Below are positions 46,801-55,532 of a stretch of 64,000 bases of DNA, piece by piece. The stretch comes from an uncultured Chitinophagales bacterium. GTDB lineage: Bacteria; Bacteroidota; Rhodothermia; Balneolales; HLUCCA01. The DNA is taken from assembly GCA_964509715.1 (NCBI GenBank), contig CAZDYD010000003.1:1436-65435 (forward strand), written 5' to 3'. The position numbers were made by a program, and so were the translations under genes. The notes below the pieces were generated by a model. It was not told the origin of the DNA, did no database searches, and was given only the letters and a program-made list of their open reading frames with translations. Numbering within the stretch: the stretch's first letter is position 1; each line of letters starts with the position of its first letter.

Positions 46801-47573
46801 GTCTTACCAGAATTTTACCGGTATTGTTACTTCAAGATGGTGGACTTGTTAAAACCCGAAATTTCAAGGATCCGGTGTACATTGGTGATCCAATCAATGC
46901 GGTTCGGATCTTCAATGAAAAGGAAGTTGATGAACTCGTGCTATTAGACATAGCAGCTACCCGCGAGGGTCGAGATCCACATTACGATATGATCAGGGAT
47001 ATTGTTAGTGAAAGTTTCATGCCCATAGGTTATGGTGGTGGGATACGTAATCTCGATCAGATTCATCATTTATATCAGACTGGTGTTGAAAAGATAGTTA
47101 TCAATTCGGCCATGCTCGATTTTGAGTTATTGACGAAGGCTGCTTCCAAATATGGAAATCAGGCAGTATCGGTGAGTTTGGATGTCAAAAAGGCGTTTTT
47201 TGGTGGATATTCCGCGTACACGCACAACGGCTCAATCAAAGTAAAAACGCCCCTGGTATCATTGGCGCAACAACTGGTTGATGCCGGAGCCGGAGAGATT
47301 ATCGTCCAATCCATCGATCGGGAAGGAACGATGAGCGGATACGACACCGAACTTATTCGTTTAATATCTGATGCCGTGGATGTGCCAGTAGTTGCCAGTG
47401 GTGGAGCCGGGACAATCGAACATCTTAGAGATGCGATCTATGAGGGACATGCGTCAGCGGTCGCTGCAGGAAGTCTGTTTGTATTCAAGGGCAAACACAG
47501 AGCTGTGTTAATCAGTTATCCTACCGGATTGGCTGAACAATTGGATACAGAACAACCGGGACAACATGCTTAG
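46797..47573 (+). CDS. HisF-like cyclase subunit paralog (WbuZ type)
   Basis: RILPVLLLQDGGLVKTRNF, ELVLLDI, GGGIRN and VVASGGAG, with the (beta/alpha)8 HisF layout. Confidence 0.9.
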   Translation: MSLTRILPVLLLQDGGLVKTRNFKDPVYIGDPINAVRIFNEKEVDELVLLDIAATREGRDPHYDMIRDIVSESFMPIGYGGGIRNLDQIHHLYQTGVEKIVINSAMLDFELLTKAASKYGNQAVSVSLDVKKAFFGGYSAYTHNGSIKVKTPLVSLAQQLVDAGAGEIIVQSIDREGTMSGYDTELIRLISDAVDVPVVASGGAGTIEHLRDAIYEGHASAVAAGSLFVFKGKHRAVLISYPTGLAEQLDTEQPGQHA

Positions 47574-48567
47574 TACATCACATCTGGTTACAATCATCGT
47601 TCCTTTTTTTAACAGTGAACGATTCATGAAGGAAACGCTCGACACGGTACGCGCCCAATCTTACAGACATTTCGAATGTTTGATGATCGATGATGGTTCA
47701 TCCGATACAAGTGCAGAAATTGCACAGGATTTTCAACGTCGTGATCCCCGGTTCAGATATATATATGATGAACACAAGCCCCGTGGAGTTTCGGCATCCA
47801 GAAATATGGGGATGCAACTGGCAAACGGAGCTTGGGTAATGTTTCTTGACTCTGATGACTTATTGGAGATCGATACACTGGCACGACGAGTAGAAATCAT
47901 GTTGCGCAATCCAGATCTTCAAATGTCGGTATTTCAGGTTCAGGCGTTCGGTTTTGAGTCATTCACTTTCACCAGTGAAATGGATGATTATTTACGTGCT
48001 TTCATCGAGTTTGATTTTCAGTTCCAAACATCATCGGTGTTTTGGGAAATCGAATTTGCCCGGTCAGTCGGGACATTTCGTACGGATATGACGAATCTGG
48101 AGGATCCTGAATTTCATATGCGAGCCTTGGCACTTAAACCCAAAATGGTTGTGCTCCCTTACACCGACCCGGACGTACGCTATCGGGTTTGGAAATACAG
48201 ATCTGCTGCACTATCGGATGCCCTTGTATCTGAACTTCGTTGCTACCAGAAGTATATCGAATCGGCGATTAAAGTAGCCAATGAATGTGGGTACGAAACC
48301 CGATCGATCAGAAATGGGCTGCAATTAATGATCATGCGGACCCGTTGGGCCTATAATTCTGAAATCCGTGGCATTCTCGGACGCAGTATTGAGATTTCTG
48401 GTGAACACGGAGTGATATCTGCTTCATCCATGCATAGGCTGATGACACTGTTAAATCGCGTCAGTACATCGAATCCACATCCCGTATTGGAACTTATGGC
48501 CTTCCTTGTCCATCCATTGGCCCATATCAAAGCGTATTTACATACAATCAAACAAAGATTTTCATAA
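47566..48567 (+). CDS. Glycosyltransferase family 2
   Basis: VTIIVPFFNSERFMKETLDTVRAQSY..CLMIDDGSSDTS...MFLDSDDL. Confidence 0.88.
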   Translation: MLSTSHLVTIIVPFFNSERFMKETLDTVRAQSYRHFECLMIDDGSSDTSAEIAQDFQRRDPRFRYIYDEHKPRGVSASRNMGMQLANGAWVMFLDSDDLLEIDTLARRVEIMLRNPDLQMSVFQVQAFGFESFTFTSEMDDYLRAFIEFDFQFQTSSVFWEIEFARSVGTFRTDMTNLEDPEFHMRALALKPKMVVLPYTDPDVRYRVWKYRSAALSDALVSELRCYQKYIESAIKVANECGYETRSIRNGLQLMIMRTRWAYNSEIRGILGRSIEISGEHGVISASSMHRLMTLLNRVSTSNPHPVLELMAFLVHPLAHIKAYLHTIKQRFS

Positions 48568-48618
48568 ATATGATGGTGCCTATAAATCATCATCATTCGA
48601 TTCGAAACAACTGAATAC

Positions 48619-49749
48619 ATGACCCAAAGACTCTATCAAATCTGTTCCCGTTGTATCATGGATACATCTGATCCCGAAATCACTTTTGACTCAGACGGAA
48701 TTTGCAATCACTGTCATCGTTATGATGAAGAACTTCCCAAAAGAGTATTTCATGGGCAAGAAGGTCGTCAAAGATTGGATAAGATCATTAATACGATCAA
48801 GTCGTCGGGTAAAGGGAAAGAATACGACTGTATCATAGGGGTCAGCGGTGGTGTGGATTCAACTTACGTGGCCTATTTAACAAAAAAGCTGGGATTACGA
48901 CCTCTTGCCGTTCACTTTGACAATGGATGGAATTCAGAACTCGCTGTTAGCAACATCGAAAAGACACTCGACAAACTTGAAATTGACCTCTACACGTACG
49001 TCATTGATTGGAATGAATTCAAAAATCTGCAGATCTCCTTTCTGAAAGCATCCACACCCGATGGCGAAGTTCCAACCGACCATGCGATCAACGCATTATT
49101 GTTCAGAGAAGCATCAAAACGCGGCATAAAATATATCGTTAACGGGATGAACTTCGCCACCGAATCGATGTCGGTGCCAGCCTGGGCTTACGGTCACTCC
49201 GATTACAAGTACATCCGATCGGTTCATAAACAATTTGGGAACTCCAGTCTAAAACGATATCCTCATTTTACATTTGGCGACTTGTTCTGGTGGACATTTA
49301 TCAAACGGATTCAAGTAGTTTCAATTCTCAACTACATCGAGTACAAAAAAGAAGAGGTCATGGACATCCTTCAAAATGAACTCGGTTGGGTATATTACGG
49401 GGGAAAACACTATGAATCGGTATATACCAGATTTTATCAGGGATACATCCTACCAGAAAAGTTCAATATAGATAAACGACGTGGTCACTTGTCCGATCTC
49501 ATACGCTCGGGACAAATCCCCAGAGACCAGGCCATCGAAGAGATGAAAAAGCCGGGTTATCCTGAAAAACTGCTCAAACAGGATAAAGACTTTGTGATGA
49601 AAAAGTTCAACATGGGCTCAGAAACTTTCGAAGCCATGATGAAACTTCCTGTAAAAAGTTATAAAGATTATCCAAATCAGTTCAGTAATGTTCAGAATCT
49701 GAAAAAGATCGTTAACTTACTCCGGTCTAAAGGACTCTACTCGAAATAA
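48619..49749 (+). CDS. N-acetyl sugar amidotransferase (WbpG/WbuX/PseA family; PP-loop ATP pyrophosphatase with Zn ribbon)
   Basis: CSRCIMDTSDPEITFDSDGICNHCHRY zinc ribbon plus the PP-loop GVSGGVDSTYVAYL; 376 aa. Confidence 0.88.
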   Translation: MTQRLYQICSRCIMDTSDPEITFDSDGICNHCHRYDEELPKRVFHGQEGRQRLDKIINTIKSSGKGKEYDCIIGVSGGVDSTYVAYLTKKLGLRPLAVHFDNGWNSELAVSNIEKTLDKLEIDLYTYVIDWNEFKNLQISFLKASTPDGEVPTDHAINALLFREASKRGIKYIVNGMNFATESMSVPAWAYGHSDYKYIRSVHKQFGNSSLKRYPHFTFGDLFWWTFIKRIQVVSILNYIEYKKEEVMDILQNELGWVYYGGKHYESVYTRFYQGYILPEKFNIDKRRGHLSDLIRSGQIPRDQAIEEMKKPGYPEKLLKQDKDFVMKKFNMGSETFEAMMKLPVKSYKDYPNQFSNVQNLKKIVNLLRSKGLYSK

Positions 49750-49760
49750 AACTTAATCAA

Positions 49761-50828
49761 GTGACCAACTCACGAGTGAAATTTGCTGTAATTGGATGTG
49801 GTAGCATAGGTAAACGACATGTTGCCGTGCTAGACGCCGAATCGGATGCCGAAGTTGTTGGTCTATGCGATATTGAAGAGACCAGAGCAAGAGAACTGTC
49901 AGACCTCTACGGAGGCATTCCGGTATGGACCGATTACCATAAAATGCTGGAACAATGCGATGCTGACGTCATTACCATAGCCACTCCACACGCATTACAT
50001 GCTGAAATGGCAATCCAAACGGCAAGATCAGGCAAGCACATTTTGGTAGAGAAGCCAATGGCTCTGAGCGTTGAAGACTCCCAAAGCATGATCGATGCAG
50101 CTGAGGAGCATTCAGTCAGACTCTTTGTTGTCAAACAGAACAGATACAACGTACCGGTGCGACTAACTCGAAATGTAATCGACTCTGGTAAACTCGGCAA
50201 GATCTTCATGGTTCAATGCAATGTTTTCTGGAACCGACGTCAGGAATACTATGATTCTTCCGATTGGAGAGGAAAAATAGAGTCGGAGGGTGGAGCTCTG
50301 CAAACCCAGGTAAGTCATTTTATTGATCTCTTGGTATGGTGGTTTGGTGATATAGTTGATGCAAAAACGCTCACAGATACACTAAACCACGATATTGAAA
50401 TTGAAGATGTAGGCGTCAGTGCGATGAGATTTGATTCGGGGGTCATTGGTTCACTGAATTGGACAACCTGTGTTTACAATCAGAATCTTGAGGGAAGTAT
50501 CCTGATCATAGCGGAGTTCGGAACCATAAAAATTGGTGGAAAATACCTGAACGAAATTAAATTTTGGGATGTCCATGGGGTCGATCTTCCACCAAATGAG
50601 GATTTCAATGACAAACCAAACAGCTATGGAAAGTATAACGGATCCAGTTCGAATCATGATAAATTGATCCATCAGATCTGCGATCAACTGCTGAAGAATA
50701 AAACAGGTGCTGTTGAAGGAGAAGAGGCGATAAGAACAATCAATGCCATAGACGTTATTTATGCCGGAGATGATGGATTAAATCACAATCGATCTACATC
50801 CATTGATTGTAATTCAGGAATAAATTGA
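49761..50828 (+). CDS. Gfo/Idh/MocA oxidoreductase (WlbA-like sugar 3-dehydrogenase type)
   Basis: KFAVIGCGSIGKRHV Rossmann fold and the ILVEKPMAL EKP motif; 355 aa. Paired with the downstream DegT aminotransferase. Confidence 0.85.
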   Translation: MTNSRVKFAVIGCGSIGKRHVAVLDAESDAEVVGLCDIEETRARELSDLYGGIPVWTDYHKMLEQCDADVITIATPHALHAEMAIQTARSGKHILVEKPMALSVEDSQSMIDAAEEHSVRLFVVKQNRYNVPVRLTRNVIDSGKLGKIFMVQCNVFWNRRQEYYDSSDWRGKIESEGGALQTQVSHFIDLLVWWFGDIVDAKTLTDTLNHDIEIEDVGVSAMRFDSGVIGSLNWTTCVYNQNLEGSILIIAEFGTIKIGGKYLNEIKFWDVHGVDLPPNEDFNDKPNSYGKYNGSSSNHDKLIHQICDQLLKNKTGAVEGEEAIRTINAIDVIYAGDDGLNHNRSTSIDCNSGIN

Positions 50829-51979
50829 GTTTAGAGTTCGGATCTACATATCATCCCGGTGACCATGTTAAAATGCAAGTTCCCTTTGTTGATCTGAGAG
50901 CTCAGTATGATCTGCTCAAACCATCTGTTGATGAGGCCATTCAGCGGGTAATCGATCGCTCAGCTTTCATCGGTGGCGAAGAGGTCCAAGCATTTGAGCA
51001 GGAATATGCCCAACTGTTTGGAGTAAAACATTGCATCTCCACTGCGAATGGGACAGATTCACTGTACATTGTGCTTAAGATGCTCGGAATTGGTCCGGGT
51101 GATGAAGTCATAACCGTTGCAAATAGTTGGATTTCAACATCAGAAACAATCTCCCAGACTGGAGCACGCGTCGTATTCTGTGATATTGAACCCGATTATT
51201 TTACCATTGATCCGGTTCAAGTAGAACGATTGATCACGAAAAATACCAAAGCGATCGTACCGGTTCATCTGTACGGACAATCCTGCAATATGGATGCCCT
51301 TACGGAGATTTCCGACAAATTTGACATCCCCATCGTTGAGGACTGTGCACAATCACATCTGGCTGAATTTCGCGGGAAGAGAACGGGACTTTATGGTGTT
51401 GCCGGGTCGTTCAGTTTTTATCCCGGGAAAAATCTGGGTGCTTATGGTGACGCGGGATGTATTATCACGAATGACGATGCTTTGGCAATGAAATTTCGCA
51501 TGTTTGCCCGACATGGTGCTTTGAAAAAGCATAATCACGAAATGGAAGGGATCAATAGTCGGATGGATGGATTACAGGCGGCTGTATTACGCACAAAGCT
51601 TCTATATCTCGAATCATGGACCGCCATGCGACAATCCAGAGCCAGGTTATATGATGAATGGCTTAGTGAGATCCCTCAAGTACACATTCCCATTGTGAGA
51701 GAGCATTCAACCCATGTGTATCATCTCTACGTAATTCGAACAGATCACAGAGACCAACTGGCGGCATTTTTATCAGAAAAGGGGATTCAGACAGGCATCC
51801 ATTATCCTACAGCACTTCCTAATCAACCCGCATATGGATACCTGGGACACAAACCTACTGATTTTCCAATTGCATCAGAATATCAATCCAAGATATTGTC
51901 CCTTCCAATGTACCCTGAATTGTCGGAAAGTCAGGTACAATTCGTTTGTGATGCCATAAATACATTCTACTCAGCATGA
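50825..51979 (+). CDS. DegT/DnrJ/EryC1 PLP aminotransferase (second copy)
   Basis: VPFVDLRAQY, STANGTDSLYIVL, SFYPGKNLGAYGDAG and NSRMDGLQAAVL. Alternative ATG at 50873. Confidence 0.9.
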   Translation: MSLEFGSTYHPGDHVKMQVPFVDLRAQYDLLKPSVDEAIQRVIDRSAFIGGEEVQAFEQEYAQLFGVKHCISTANGTDSLYIVLKMLGIGPGDEVITVANSWISTSETISQTGARVVFCDIEPDYFTIDPVQVERLITKNTKAIVPVHLYGQSCNMDALTEISDKFDIPIVEDCAQSHLAEFRGKRTGLYGVAGSFSFYPGKNLGAYGDAGCIITNDDALAMKFRMFARHGALKKHNHEMEGINSRMDGLQAAVLRTKLLYLESWTAMRQSRARLYDEWLSEIPQVHIPIVREHSTHVYHLYVIRTDHRDQLAAFLSEKGIQTGIHYPTALPNQPAYGYLGHKPTDFPIASEYQSKILSLPMYPELSESQVQFVCDAINTFYSA

Positions 51980-52108
51980 CAACCCATCTGAGCTCTTTAC
52001 AATTGTATACAATCGATTCTTGAAATTTTTCAGTACCGTCGGGCAATATCAATCAGATATGATTTGAAACTGATGAGTGTACCCACATCTTTATTTACAA
52101 GCTGAAAG

Positions 52109-53371
52109 TTGAAGTCCGAATCTCCCAAAAAAATATGGCTCATCTGCAAGTATGCGATGCCACAAAAATACTTCTTTGGAACCCGTCATTTTTATCTGGC
52201 CGAAGAATGGGTTCGAAACGGACATCAGGTCACCATTTTCACATCCAACTGGAACCACCTGACAGATAAACTTCCTCAGTTTGATGGATCGGTGATGATT
52301 GAGTCCATTAACGATGTCGAAACAGTATGGTTCAAAGGATTTAAAACGAAAAGTTCATCATCAGTTGGAAGAATCTTGAGTTGGATCGAGTTTGAGTGGC
52401 GAATGTTGCTTGAGGGGACACGTCGAAGCCAAATAGAGCAACCCGATGTTGTAATAGTGTCATCCCTTTCTTTGTTTAGCGTGCTTTCCGGGCTGTTTTT
52501 TTCACGCAAACATGGTGCAAGATTTCTGCTTGAGATCCGAGATATCTGGCCACTCACGGCCATGCAATTAGGGGGATATTCCCCAAGACATCCATTCATG
52601 TTGCTCATGGGATGGATAGAAAAACTTGGGTACAAGAATGCTGATGCGATCATTGGAACCATGCCCAACCTTGAAGAGCACATCAGAAATGTTTGTCCTG
52701 ATGCCGCAAAAGTGGTGAATGTACCACAAGGGGTGACCCGAAATTTCCTGAATGAGTTTAATCCAATGGATGCCGGTCTAAAGGAAAAACTTTTCCCTGA
52801 AAACAGTCCCATGTTTCGAGTGGTCTATGCCGGGGGCATGAATGTCGGTAATCCGGTTCAGGTGTTACTGGATGCAGCTGTGTTGCTGGGTGAAAATTCA
52901 GGAGTGGAAGTTGTTATGCTCGGTAAAGGTTCGGATGTGAACAGACTAAAAGCCAAATATCAAGAGTATCCCAATATCAAATTTGTAGATCAGATACCCA
53001 AAAATCAGGTACGTGATTTCCTTCAACACTGTGATCTGTGTTTCGATAGTATCGGGGGGGATATTGCCCGCTATGGTCATTCCCGGAATAAATGGATGGA
53101 TTATCTTGCTTCCGCAAGACCTATAGTCTGTGCGACCAGCGGATTCCGTTCCATTCTCGAAGAGGCTGAATGTGGTGAACATATTGACTTCGATGACGTT
53201 GCCAAACTCGCTCATACGATACTAAAATACAAGGAAATGGATCCTTCAACCCGGCTTGAAATCGGGTTAAATGGGCGCCGATATCTTGAGAAAAACCGCA
53301 CATTCGACAAATTGGCTGCTGTTTATGAAACGTTGTTTGCAGAAACTCATCAGCAATCAAATCCACATTAA
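52109..53371 (+). CDS. Glycosyltransferase family 4 (WbuB-like)
   Basis: KIWLICKYAMPQKYFFGTRHFYLAEEWVRNGHQVTIFTSN is the characteristic WbuB-type N-terminus. GT-B C-terminal half. TTG start. Confidence 0.8.
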   Translation: MKSESPKKIWLICKYAMPQKYFFGTRHFYLAEEWVRNGHQVTIFTSNWNHLTDKLPQFDGSVMIESINDVETVWFKGFKTKSSSSVGRILSWIEFEWRMLLEGTRRSQIEQPDVVIVSSLSLFSVLSGLFFSRKHGARFLLEIRDIWPLTAMQLGGYSPRHPFMLLMGWIEKLGYKNADAIIGTMPNLEEHIRNVCPDAAKVVNVPQGVTRNFLNEFNPMDAGLKEKLFPENSPMFRVVYAGGMNVGNPVQVLLDAAVLLGENSGVEVVMLGKGSDVNRLKAKYQEYPNIKFVDQIPKNQVRDFLQHCDLCFDSIGGDIARYGHSRNKWMDYLASARPIVCATSGFRSILEEAECGEHIDFDDVAKLAHTILKYKEMDPSTRLEIGLNGRRYLEKNRTFDKLAAVYETLFAETHQQSNPH

Positions 53372-53392
53372 TTTTAACACTCGTTTTACAAG

Positions 53393-54196
53393 ATGAACCA
53401 TACAGTTCAAATAAGTTCCATAATCGATATCGCTAAGAAAGCTGGTGAAATCATCCTCAAGTACTATCACACAGATACTGATGTACAGAGTAAGGTAGAT
53501 GCCTCCCCCTTGACGATTGCCGATCTTGAATCAAATAATTTTATACGCGAAGAGTTGGCTCGACTCACCCCTGACATACCTGTCATTAGTGAGGAAACCG
53601 TACCCGAATCGTATGAAGTACGTCGAGAGTGGGATACTTTTTGGTTAGTGGATCCACTCGATGGAACGAAGGAATTCGTTAAGAAAACGGGTCAGTTTAC
53701 TGTAAACATCGGACTGATATCCGGAGGAATTCCAGTACTTGGGGTCATTGAAGTACCGGTTATGAATCAAGTATACTATGCTGATGAAAACGGGGCTTGG
53801 CATGTGGACAGACAGTATGGCTCCGAACCACGTAAACTTCAGGTCCGGCCTTTAGATGAACAACAAATCGACATCGTGGCAAGCCGAGATCACGCAGGAC
53901 CAATGGTACAGGCGTTGTCGCAGGACCTCCCTGGCGCCGGATTCAAGTCCATGGGGAGTTCTCTCAAGTTCTGTCTGGTTGCAGCAGGCGAGGCGGATGT
54001 CTACCTTAGGGATGTCCCAACCATGGAATGGGACACCGCGGCCGCTCATGCTATCTTAAAGGCTGCCGGTGGTGAAATCTATACGCTTAATGGTATCGTG
54101 CTGAATTACAATAAAGAATCGTTGAGAAATCCTTCCATTTTGAGCATTGGTCCAGCGCGTGAATTCTGGTTCGATAAAATATCATCGATTTCCTGA
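53393..54196 (+). CDS. cysQ: 3'(2'),5'-bisphosphate nucleotidase CysQ (PAP phosphatase)
   Basis: Inositol monophosphatase-fold motifs EE...WLVDPLDGTKEF and GSSLKFCLVAAGEADVY; 267 aa, typical of CysQ. Confidence 0.88.
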   Translation: MNHTVQISSIIDIAKKAGEIILKYYHTDTDVQSKVDASPLTIADLESNNFIREELARLTPDIPVISEETVPESYEVRREWDTFWLVDPLDGTKEFVKKTGQFTVNIGLISGGIPVLGVIEVPVMNQVYYADENGAWHVDRQYGSEPRKLQVRPLDEQQIDIVASRDHAGPMVQALSQDLPGAGFKSMGSSLKFCLVAAGEADVYLRDVPTMEWDTAAAHAILKAAGGEIYTLNGIVLNYNKESLRNPSILSIGPAREFWFDKISSIS

Positions 54197-54275
54197 TTCC
54201 GACATCCATAATAATGTTTGGTTTTATTCCAAATCCAATTGTCTGTCTTTCCTTTCAAAAAACTGTTGAATGTAA

Positions 54276-55532
54276 TTGGTGAAGAACCATGATTGTACCA
54301 CTGATCCAGATTATTTTACACCACCATTGATTGGAAAACGACTCAATAGAGTGATCGTCATCGGTGGCGGTATTGTGGGACTTGCTACGGCATATACGCT
54401 GCAAAAAGAGGGTTACGCCAGGCAGGTCACTGTATTGGAAAAAGAATTTGATGTTGCCAGGCACCAGAGCAGCCGAAATAGCGGTGTACTTCATGCAGGA
54501 CTCTATTACAGACCGGGTAGTTTAAAAGCCCGGTTGGCAACACAGGGAATCAGATCCATGATCGCATTTTGCACTGAAAATGATATCCCATTTCGTTGTC
54601 GTGGAAAAATGGTTGTTGCCACTCATACTCGGGAAGTCCCCATTCTGGAACAACTGTTTGAAAATGGTATGAAAAATGGCCTGGTGGGACTCAAAAAACT
54701 CGGTTTGAATGAAATTCAAGAGATCGAACCTCATGTTACTGGTCAAGCAGCAATTTTGGTTCCCGAAGAAGGAGTGGTAGATTATGAGCAGGTCACAATG
54801 CGCCTCAGAGATCTTGTGGTGCATGCAGGAGGTGAAATTCTAACAAAGTTCGAAGTGGCACATGCCGTACGATCCGGGATATCATGGCAATTGTTCAGTA
54901 CCGACGAGCGCACTATAAATGCAGACCTGGTGATTAATTGTGCCGGGCTTTACTCTGACAAAATCGCCGAAATGTTTGGGATAGACTCAGGTATTCGAAT
55001 AATTCCCTTCCGGGGGCATTACTATCGGCTCGTAGGCGACGCTATTGGCTATGTCAAGGGACTTGTGTATCCGGTACCAGATCCGAAATTTCCATTCCTT
55101 GGGGTACATGCACATCGGCGCATCGATGGAACAGTTGAAGCCGGACCGAATGCTGTGTTGGCTTTTGCACGTGAAGGATACCACTTGACTGATGTTAATA
55201 TTCCCGAAATGGTCGAAGCGATAGGTCACCCGGGACTGCTTCGATTCATGCTCAGACACAAAAAAGAAGTAATGAACGAACTCAGGTCCGGATTCGATAA
55301 ATCATATTTTGTTTCGCGCTTGCAGTCACTGTTTCCGGAGATTCAATCCAATGACCTGCAACCGGGAGGGACCGGAGTCCGAGCTCAGGCCATGGATAAA
55401 AAAGGCAATCTCATCCAGGATTTTGTGATACAACGCGGCCCCGGGTCGATACACGTAATAAATGCGCCAAGTCCGGGTGCGACTGCATCCCTTGCGATTG
55501 CAAAACACATCACCAGACTCATACCATCATGA
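54276..55532 (+). CDS. lhgO: L-2-hydroxyglutarate oxidase/dehydrogenase (LhgO/YgaF family FAD enzyme)
   Basis: Collinear with my memory of E. coli LhgO: VIVIGGGIVGLATA, NSGVLHAGLYYRPGSLKA, IIPFRGHYYRL, YPVPDPKFPFLGVHAHRRIDGTVEAGPNAVLAFAREGY, GVRAQAM and INAPSPGATAS. The start is uncertain. Confidence 0.88.
   Translation: MVKNHDCTTDPDYFTPPLIGKRLNRVIVIGGGIVGLATAYTLQKEGYARQVTVLEKEFDVARHQSSRNSGVLHAGLYYRPGSLKARLATQGIRSMIAFCTENDIPFRCRGKMVVATHTREVPILEQLFENGMKNGLVGLKKLGLNEIQEIEPHVTGQAAILVPEEGVVDYEQVTMRLRDLVVHAGGEILTKFEVAHAVRSGISWQLFSTDERTINADLVINCAGLYSDKIAEMFGIDSGIRIIPFRGHYYRLVGDAIGYVKGLVYPVPDPKFPFLGVHAHRRIDGTVEAGPNAVLAFAREGYHLTDVNIPEMVEAIGHPGLLRFMLRHKKEVMNELRSGFDKSYFVSRLQSLFPEIQSNDLQPGGTGVRAQAMDKKGNLIQDFVIQRGPGSIHVINAPSPGATASLAIAKHITRLIPS

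Noticed and set aside
52276-52812. 178-aa antisense ORF inside the WbuB-like GT4 gene
   Set aside because: Same reasoning: no motifs, and fully nested antisense to a gene with a recognisable family signature.
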